In this document: positions 35,632 to 41,888 of the stretch, in pieces
Position numbering within the stretch: the first letter of the stretch is position 1
Layout of the letters: each line of letters opens with the position of its first letter
From: Candidatus Eiseniibacteriota bacterium
GTDB taxonomy: Bacteria > Eisenbacteria > RBG-16-71-46
Reading direction: 5' to 3'
Length of the DNA stretch: 45,949 nt
Assembly: GCA_023249845.1 (NCBI GenBank)
Contig: JAHFBW010000003.1
Coordinates: forward strand, 1-45,949
Made by a program: the position numbers and the translations under genes
The notes under the pieces: generated by a model
The model's database searches: none
What the model was told of the DNA's origin: nothing
Seen by the model: the letters and a program-made list of their open reading frames with translations, nothing else

Positions 35632-37205
35632 CGCCGTCGGACCCCGGCGCACGCATCGAACGCGTCGCGCTCGTCGTCGCGGTGCTGCTTTGCGCGGCGC
35701 TCGCGTGGCCGCTGCGTCATTACCTCACGGACGACACGTTCATTCATCTACAGTACGCGCGAAACGTCGCCGAGGGTCGCGGTTTCGTTTTCAACCCGGG
35801 TGAGCGCGTCTACGGCAATACGAGCCCGCTCTGGGTTCTGCTCCTGGCCGACGGCATCGCGCTCGGAGGAGACGGGCTCGTTGTTGCGCGCGTATTGGGA
35901 GCGCTCGCTACGCTCGCGTCACTGCTGCTGTGGGTTGCGCTCATGCGGCAGACTCTCTCGAGCCCGTGGCTCCGCGCCGCGTCCACGTTCGCGTGGGCGG
36001 GGCATGCCTGGATGTCGCGCTGGTCGCTCTCGGGCATGGAGACGCCTGTCGCGGTGGCGCTCGTGCTCGCGGGCTTCGTGGCATTCACCTCCGGCGAGCG
36101 CTGGGGGAGCCGACCGCGCGCGGCGAGCCTGTTGTGGTCGCTCGCCGCGCTCGTTCGGCCCGAGTGCGTGCTGCTCGTGCTGCTGTGGGCCTTGGTTCGC
36201 GTCGTGGAGGAAGGCCCGGTTCGGGGTGCCCGGCGCGCGCTCGCCGAGCTGTGGCCGGCGCTGTTCGTCCAGGGCGGCTGGCTCGTGTTCGCAAGTGTGT
36301 ACTTCGGCGGGGCGTGGCCCAACACGCTCGCGGCCAAGGCGGCGGGAGGGGTGGGGCTTGACTACCACGTCGAGCAGTTCCAACGGCAGGCGGGGATCGT
36401 CGCCGCCACGGATGGCGTTCTGGTCGTCGTGTTGCTCATCCTGCTGGCGCTCCGATTCGCGCGCGCGGGTCGGCCGGCATTGCGGCCGCTGCTCCGCGGG
36501 CTGCCGTGGGCCTGGCTCGCTGCCGTGCCCCTCCTCTATATGCTGCGCGGCGTCCCCGTGTTGTCGCGCTACCTGGTGCCACTTCTGCCGATCGTGGACT
36601 GGCTCGCCTGGCGCACGCTCGACCGTGCGCTCGAGATGCGCCCGGCGAGTACACCCGCCACGGCCACCCCGGCCCGACTCGCGCGCTCGGACGCGCGCGT
36701 CGCCGTGATCGGGCTGGTGCTCGCCGGCGTCGTGCTCGCGCAGAACGTGATCGTGTGGCGGCGGGTCGTGCGGCCCCAGGTGGATTCGTTCAGCGCCGGC
36801 CTGGAAGCGAGTCTGATTCCGTGGGGTCGCTGGTTCCACGACCACGCGCCCGCGGACGCGGTGATCGCCGCCCCCGACATCGGCGCACTCGGCTATTTCT
36901 CGCGACGACGCGTCGTGGACTTGGCCGGGCTCGTCACACCGGAGATGGTGCCGGTCTTGCGGCGCTGGCCGCAGGAGGAAGCGGTGTCGCGGTTCGAATT
37001 CGCGCGATTCTCACGTCCCGGCTTCCTCGTGGACCGCGCCGCGACTGCGTGGGACCTGCAGCGAAGAAGCCCGTGGGCCGTCGCGCTCGTTCCGCTCGGT
37101 TCGGCCTCGGTGCCGAATCTGGGGATCGCCCGCCCCGATGCGGCGGTGTACACCTTCTATCGCATCGACTGGGCCGCGTACGACTCGCTCGCCGCCGCTC
37201 GCTGA
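35628..37205 (+). CDS. Polytopic membrane glycosyltransferase, GT-C-like (DD-motif, arabinofuranosyl/mannosyltransferase-like)
   Basis: First-loop motif YLTDDTFIHLQYARNVAEGRGFVFNPGERVYGNTSPLW, about 10 TM helices, then a soluble C-terminal domain. ATGA overlap. It is the last gene before the terminator. The family assignment is tentative. Confidence 0.6.
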   Translation: MTPSDPGARIERVALVVAVLLCAALAWPLRHYLTDDTFIHLQYARNVAEGRGFVFNPGERVYGNTSPLWVLLLADGIALGGDGLVVARVLGALATLASLLLWVALMRQTLSSPWLRAASTFAWAGHAWMSRWSLSGMETPVAVALVLAGFVAFTSGERWGSRPRAASLLWSLAALVRPECVLLVLLWALVRVVEEGPVRGARRALAELWPALFVQGGWLVFASVYFGGAWPNTLAAKAAGGVGLDYHVEQFQRQAGIVAATDGVLVVVLLILLALRFARAGRPALRPLLRGLPWAWLAAVPLLYMLRGVPVLSRYLVPLLPIVDWLAWRTLDRALEMRPASTPATATPARLARSDARVAVIGLVLAGVVLAQNVIVWRRVVRPQVDSFSAGLEASLIPWGRWFHDHAPADAVIAAPDIGALGYFSRRRVVDLAGLVTPEMVPVLRRWPQEEAVSRFEFARFSRPGFLVDRAATAWDLQRRSPWAVALVPLGSASVPNLGIARPDAAVYTFYRIDWAAYDSLAAAR

Positions 37206-37270
37206 GCGGCGATGGGCCGACTGCACGCCCGTGCAGTCAGGAAACGTCGGACTCGCCGCTTTTTTCTTTT
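37206..37270 (+). terminator. Rho-independent terminator ending the glycan gene array
   Basis: GCGGCGA (37206-37212) pairs with TCGCCGC (37253-37259). Inner pairing options are CCGAC/GTCGG, or the perfect hairpin GACTGCAC-gccc-GTGCAGTC. TTTTTTCTTTT follows at 37260-37270. Confidence 0.6.
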
Positions 37271-37298
37271 GACTCAGGCGAAGCGCAGAGCCTATCTT
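37269..37298 (+). promoter_or_regulatory. Putative sigma70-type dcw/mraZ promoter (TTGACT - 18 nt - TATCTT)
   Basis: TTGACT at 37269-37274 and TATCTT at 37293-37298, in the only AT-richer patch of the region. The -35 element overlaps the terminator T-tract. Confidence 0.5.
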
Positions 37299-37306
37299 GC
37301 GCGGCT

Positions 37307-37366
37307 GTGGGGAGCGGTGGGGAGCCGTGGTAAGTCTTGGGGAGCAGTGGTTCCCCGTGGAGCGCT
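37307..37366 (+). promoter_or_regulatory. Six direct (G/T)TGG boxes at exact 10-bp phasing: candidate MraZ operator
   Basis: The 10-mers starting at 37307, 37317, 37327, 37337, 37347 and 37357 read GTGGGGAGCG, GTGGGGAGCC, GTGGTAAGTC, TTGGGGAGCA, GTGGTTCCCC and GTGGAGCGCT. They lie between the predicted -10 element and the mraZ ATG. E. coli MraZ binds GTGGG-type direct repeats with the same 10-bp periodicity. Confidence 0.65.
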
Positions 37367-37372
37367 CACGCG

Positions 37373-37822
37373 ATGGCGACCTTTCTCGGCACCGAGACGT
37401 ATTCGATCGACGACAAGAATCGCGTCGTGGTGCCGGCCGCGATGCGGCACGTCGGGGGGACGAAGAAGCCGCTCGAGAAGTTCGTGATGATGCGAGGTCT
37501 CGACGGCTGCGTGTGGCTATACGCGCAAGAGGATTGGAAGCGCCTCGAGGAATTGCTCCAGCGACTGTCGACGGGGCCCAAGGATCATCGGGCGTTCGCG
37601 CGGACCGCGCTGGTTGGAGCAAGCAAGGTGACGGTGGATAAGCAAGGACGCATCACGATCTCCCCGTCACTCATGGGCCATGCAGGTCTCGGCAAGGAAG
37701 CCGTGCTGCATGGCCAAGTCGGACGCATCGAGCTCTGGGCGCCGGCGCGGTTCCAGAGCGGTCTGGTCACCGAGGCGGCGGACTACGATGCCCTGGCGGA
37801 GAAGGTGCTGGGAGGCGAGTGA
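37373..37822 (+). CDS. mraZ: Transcriptional regulator MraZ
   Basis: (M)ATFLGTETYSIDDKNRVVVPAAMR.. plus a second half ..KVTVDKQGRITISPSLMGHAGL.. give the duplicated SpoVT-AbrB/MraZ repeat. ATG 37373 was chosen over the ORF-track start 37337, which lies inside the repeat boxes. Confidence 0.9.
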   Translation: MATFLGTETYSIDDKNRVVVPAAMRHVGGTKKPLEKFVMMRGLDGCVWLYAQEDWKRLEELLQRLSTGPKDHRAFARTALVGASKVTVDKQGRITISPSLMGHAGLGKEAVLHGQVGRIELWAPARFQSGLVTEAADYDALAEKVLGGE

Positions 37823-38280
37823 TGGTGACGCGGGCCGGATCGAGCGAGGATCGCACGTCCGTGACGATGAACCTCCAGTTCACGCGCGGCCGCCACGGCG
37901 CTGCCGCGCGGCTCGAGGTGCACGAGCGGCCCGCCGGCCGGGTCGGGCTGCTCGCGCTGCGTGGCTGGGTGGACCTGTCGGCCGCGCGCGGCATCGAGCG
38001 GGCGCTGGACGACCTCGCGGCGCGCGGCGTGACACGTCTGGTCGTGGACTGCTCGCAGCTCCTGCACATCGACTATCGGCTGGTGCCGCGGCTCGCGAAC
38101 GCGCTCGTCCGGTTCGAGGCGCATGCCGGCGCAGTGGGACTATGCGGCCTGTCCCGATACCTCCGCGATCTGTTCCGGCTCACGGGCTCCGACGCCAAGC
38201 TCGCCTGCTGGCCTTCGGCGACGGAGCTGCTGGAGGCGGCTCCCGGTGACCCCGGACGAGAACGTGAGCGCGCTTCATGA
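37819..38280 (+). CDS. STAS-domain protein (anti-sigma-antagonist fold), inserted between mraZ and rsmH
   Basis: ..GLLALRGWVDLSAARGIERALDDLAARGVTRLVVDCSQLLHIDYRLVPRLANALVRFEAHAGAVGLCGLSRYLRDLFRLTGSDAKL aligns by eye with SpoIIAA/STAS topology. Third-codon-position GC looks high, like the flanking genes. The GTGATG start region overlaps the mraZ stop. An alternative start is ATG 37867 (MNLQF..). Confidence 0.65.
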   Translation: MMVTRAGSSEDRTSVTMNLQFTRGRHGAAARLEVHERPAGRVGLLALRGWVDLSAARGIERALDDLAARGVTRLVVDCSQLLHIDYRLVPRLANALVRFEAHAGAVGLCGLSRYLRDLFRLTGSDAKLACWPSATELLEAAPGDPGRERERAS

Positions 38281-39184
38281 GCCGGTTCTCGTGCGCGAGA
38301 CGCTTGCTTTCTTGGAACCGCGGCCGGGCCTGTTCCTCGACGCCACGCTCGGTGACGCCGGTCACGCCGAAGCCCTGTTGCTGGCCGACCCCGGCGTGCG
38401 TCTGCTCGGGAGCGATCGCGACCCGGCATCGCTCGCGTTTGCTCGCCAGCGCCTGGTGCGTTTCGGAGGTCGGGTGACGCTCGTGCACGGGACGTTTCGC
38501 GACCTGCCCGCGAGCCACGCGGCCAGCGGAGGCGAACGTCTCGCGGGAGCGCTCTTCGACTACGGCCTCTCGTCGCGCCAGATCAGCGATCCCGCGCGTG
38601 GCATGAGCTACCGGCAGGAGGGACCGCTCGACCTGCGCATGGACACGAGCCGGGGCGAGACGCTCGCCGAGAAACTTCTGCACGCGGACGAGGACGAACT
38701 GACGAGCGTGCTGCGCACGCACGGTGACGTGCGTCCGGCCCGCGCGATGGCGCGTGCGATCCTGGTCGCGACTCGCGCCGGCGAACTCACGAGCACGCGG
38801 CAGCTTGCGGGTCTCGCGAGCCGAGTGCTTCACGACACGCGGCCGGGCGCGGTCGCTCCCGTGTTCCAGGCGCTGCGTGTCTGGGTGAACGACGAGATGG
38901 CGGACCTGGAAGCGGGCCTGGCGTGGCTCAGAGACGTCATGGCCGACGACGGCGTGGTGGTGACGTTGTCCTACCACTCGGGCGAGGACCGGCGCGTGAA
39001 GCAGGCGCTGCGCGGCGTCCCGCGCGCGGGCTCGCGCCGCCTTCCCCCCGCGGCCGACGAGCCCGCGCCGGGCCCCTGGCATGAACTCACCAAGCGTGTG
39101 GTCACCCCGTCGGAGCAGGAACAGGAGTCGAACCCGCGCGCGCGGAGCGCGCGCCTCAGGGCCTTCCGGAGGAATCCGAGATGA
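38246..39184 (+). CDS. rsmH: 16S rRNA (cytosine1402-N4)-methyltransferase RsmH (MraW)
   Basis: HEPVLVRETLAFL..GLFLDATLGDAGHAE.., ..DLRMD.. and ..SYHSGEDRRVK are RsmH blocks. The start is GTG 38246 or GTG 38264, and both overlap the end of the STAS ORF. Confidence 0.85.
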   Translation: MTPDENVSALHEPVLVRETLAFLEPRPGLFLDATLGDAGHAEALLLADPGVRLLGSDRDPASLAFARQRLVRFGGRVTLVHGTFRDLPASHAASGGERLAGALFDYGLSSRQISDPARGMSYRQEGPLDLRMDTSRGETLAEKLLHADEDELTSVLRTHGDVRPARAMARAILVATRAGELTSTRQLAGLASRVLHDTRPGAVAPVFQALRVWVNDEMADLEAGLAWLRDVMADDGVVVTLSYHSGEDRRVKQALRGVPRAGSRRLPPAADEPAPGPWHELTKRVVTPSEQEQESNPRARSARLRAFRRNPR

Positions 39185-39618
39185 GACGTGCAGGGAAGCG
39201 AACCGCCCCCTCATGGCGCATGACCGACGCCCGCGCGCTCCAGCCGGGTTGGTTGTTGGGCGCCCTCCTGCTGCTCGCCATCCTGCTGCTCGAAGTCTGG
39301 CAGCAGTCCGCCGTCGCCAGCCTGTCCCTGCGCGCCGGCCGTGCGAACGAACAGCTGCAGCGCGCCAGTAACGACCTCGAGTGGACCCGCGCACAACTCG
39401 ACCAGAACACGCGGCGCTCCGAGGTGGGCTCGCTCGCGTTCAGCGCCGGCGTGCGTCCCGCGGACGCCACGCAGGTCGTGTGGCTGCCCGCGGATTACCT
39501 CGAGGAGGACGGGGCCGCGGCGGACCCGAAGGGCTCGCCCGCGCTGCTCGCCGCGGCGGGTCGCGCGCTCCAGTCTCTCGTGCCGGAAGCGAAGGCACGG
39601 GGCCGCCACGTGAACTGA
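39181..39618 (+). CDS. ftsL: FtsL-like cell-division protein (single TM + coiled coil)
   Basis: It sits in the ftsL position. One TM helix (WLLGALLLLAILLLEVW) is followed by a helical segment (..ANEQLQRASNDLEWTRAQLDQ..). There is no sequence-specific motif. ATGA overlap with rsmH. Confidence 0.6.
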   Translation: MRRAGKRTAPSWRMTDARALQPGWLLGALLLLAILLLEVWQQSAVASLSLRAGRANEQLQRASNDLEWTRAQLDQNTRRSEVGSLAFSAGVRPADATQVVWLPADYLEEDGAAADPKGSPALLAAAGRALQSLVPEAKARGRHVN

Positions 39619-39722
39619 CCGAATCGCCGATCCGGCGAGCGAGCTGTCGTACCGGCCGCGTCACAGCACCGCGCAAGTGGGGCCGGCGGTCTGCGTGAAC
39701 CGCCGTTCCATGGAGGGAACTG

Positions 39723-41888
39723 TTGGCCCACAAGGAGATGCGCAAGAGTCGGGTGCTGCTGGCTGCGGCCGGTCTTTTTCTGGGGCTCACGTGCCTGTGG
39801 GTGCGCGTCGCGGTGCTGCAGACCGCGATGCACGGCCACTATGCCGCACGCGCCCGCGAGAACCAGCAACACCACCGGAAGATCCTGCCGCGACGGGGCG
39901 TCCTCACGGACCGGCAGGGCAAGGTGCTCGCGCACGACCTCGGCGTGAGCCAGGTCGCCGTGTACCCGCCGCAGCTCACGGACCCCATGGCCGTGGCGCG
40001 CGTCCTCGCGCCGGTGACGCACGACTCGCCCGTCAAACTCGCGAAGCGGTTGCGCTCGCTCAAGACCTACACGTGGATCGCGCGCGACCTGCCGCCCGAG
40101 GAGGGAGAGCGCATCCGCGAGGCGAAGCTCGAAGGCGTCGTGGTGGAAGACGAGTCGCGCCGCTTCTATCGCCTGGGTGAGGCCGCAGCCGAGATCCTGG
40201 GCCGCACGAATCGCGACAATGTCGGCGTGGACGGCCTCGAGTACCAGTTCGAGAACCTGCTCGGCGGCCGCACCGGCTGGGTGACGATGGTGCCGACGGG
40301 TTCGTCGCAGATGAGCCTGCTGCTGCCCGGCGCCGAGGGCCGTCCCGCACGCGACGGCGCCTCGGTCGAACTCACGCTCGACGGCGATCTCCAGAGCATC
40401 GTCGAGCACCACCTCGCCGAGGCTGTGGACTCGCTCCACGCGCAGCGCGGGTTCGCGGTGTTCCTGGACCCGTGGACAGGAGAGATCCTCGCCTCCGCAT
40501 GCGTGCCGCACCTTCCGCCGGGCAAGTCGCGCAACTGGACGTTCACCGACCAGTACGAACCGGGCTCGACGTTCAAGGTCGTGGTGAGCGGCGCGGTGCT
40601 CGAGGAACACCTCGCTCGCCCGAGCGACCGGTTCGAGGCGTCCGCGAGCGGCGAGGCCGAGCTCGTGCCGGGCTGTGTCATCCACGATACGCACGAGGCC
40701 GCCTCGTTCACGTTCTTCGGTGCCATGCAGATGTCGAGCAACATCGTCATGGGCCGGCTGGGGTTGAAGCTCGGCGCCGAACGGCTGCACCGCTACGCCT
40801 CGGCGCTGGGCTTCGGCGGCATGACGGGCGTGGAGTTCCCGGGCGAGACCGCGGGCCGGCTGCGCCCGGTCTCGGCGTGGCAGTCGCGCTCCACGCCGAC
40901 GATCGCGATCGGCCACGAGATCACGGTGACGCCGCTGCAGCTGGCGCTCGCGTACGCCGCGGTGGCGAACGGCGGCGTGCTCATGCAGCCCATGCTCGTG
41001 CGCTCGATCAAGGACGCGGATGGACGCGAACTGCGGCGCGGCACGCCCCAGCCATCGCACCGCGTGTTCAGCGCCGGCACGAGCGGCACGCTTCTCGACA
41101 TGCTGTGCGCCGTGGTGGACAGCGGCACCGCCACGTCGGCGCGCCTGCCCGGCCTGCGCATCGCGGGGAAGACGGGGACGGCTCAGAAGTACGACGCGAA
41201 CGTCGGCACCTACGGCCGCGGGATGTACGTGGCGTCGTTTGCGGGCATCGCGCCCGCCGACCGGCCGCGACTCGTGGGCGTCGTGGTGATTGACGAGCCG
41301 CGCGGGGCGCGCTACTACGGCGGCCAGGTCGCGGCACCGGTGTTTCGCGAGGTGCTCCTGGACCTGCAGCGTATGGCATGGCCCGGGTTCGACCCCGTGA
41401 ACGCCTCGGTGGCGATGCGTCCTCCGAGCGTGCCCGCCGTGACTGCGCCCGACCTTCGGCTCCTGCCGCCGCGGCACGCCGAGCGCCGCCTCGCCGACTA
41501 CGGCCTGCACGCTCGCTTCGAGGGTACGGGTCCGCGCGTCCTGTCGCAGGTGCCCGCGGCCGGACAGCCGGTCGAACGCGGTTCGATCGTGCTCGCATAC
41601 CTCGCCGCGCCACAGGACTCGGTCAGCCGCGCGCTTCCCGATCTCGTCGGACTGCCGGTGCGCGAAGCGATGCGCCGGCTGACGCAGCGCGCCGTGCCCG
41701 TGCGCATCTCCGGGAGCGGATTCGTGACGCGGCAGTCGCCGGCGCCCGGCACGCGGCTCCCGCTCGCGGGCCCCTGCCGGCTCTGGTGCTCGCCCTTGGG
41801 TCCCGACGACGCGGGCTCCGCGTCACGACCGTCCACGCCCGCCTCGCCCGCGAGCGGCCCGCTCGCCGTACGGCTGCGCCGCCCGTGA
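39723..41888 (+). CDS. ftsI: Peptidoglycan D,D-transpeptidase FtsI (class B PBP) with two C-terminal PASTA domains
   Basis: N-terminal TM helix. Catalytic motifs STFK, SSN and KTGTAQK. The C-terminus carries two PASTA-like units (see finding). TTG 39723 has GGAGG 6 nt upstream. An alternative start is ATG 39738. Confidence 0.9.
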   Translation: MAHKEMRKSRVLLAAAGLFLGLTCLWVRVAVLQTAMHGHYAARARENQQHHRKILPRRGVLTDRQGKVLAHDLGVSQVAVYPPQLTDPMAVARVLAPVTHDSPVKLAKRLRSLKTYTWIARDLPPEEGERIREAKLEGVVVEDESRRFYRLGEAAAEILGRTNRDNVGVDGLEYQFENLLGGRTGWVTMVPTGSSQMSLLLPGAEGRPARDGASVELTLDGDLQSIVEHHLAEAVDSLHAQRGFAVFLDPWTGEILASACVPHLPPGKSRNWTFTDQYEPGSTFKVVVSGAVLEEHLARPSDRFEASASGEAELVPGCVIHDTHEAASFTFFGAMQMSSNIVMGRLGLKLGAERLHRYASALGFGGMTGVEFPGETAGRLRPVSAWQSRSTPTIAIGHEITVTPLQLALAYAAVANGGVLMQPMLVRSIKDADGRELRRGTPQPSHRVFSAGTSGTLLDMLCAVVDSGTATSARLPGLRIAGKTGTAQKYDANVGTYGRGMYVASFAGIAPADRPRLVGVVVIDEPRGARYYGGQVAAPVFREVLLDLQRMAWPGFDPVNASVAMRPPSVPAVTAPDLRLLPPRHAERRLADYGLHARFEGTGPRVLSQVPAAGQPVERGSIVLAYLAAPQDSVSRALPDLVGLPVREAMRRLTQRAVPVRISGSGFVTRQSPAPGTRLPLAGPCRLWCSPLGPDDAGSASRPSTPASPASGPLAVRLRRP

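Noticed and set aside
38246-38300. RsmH SAM-loop variant (DATLGDAGHAE instead of the usual GGGGHS-type loop), considered as a sign of altered function.
   Set aside because: The other RsmH blocks are intact and this loop varies among orthologues. Without an alignment I cannot call it unusual.
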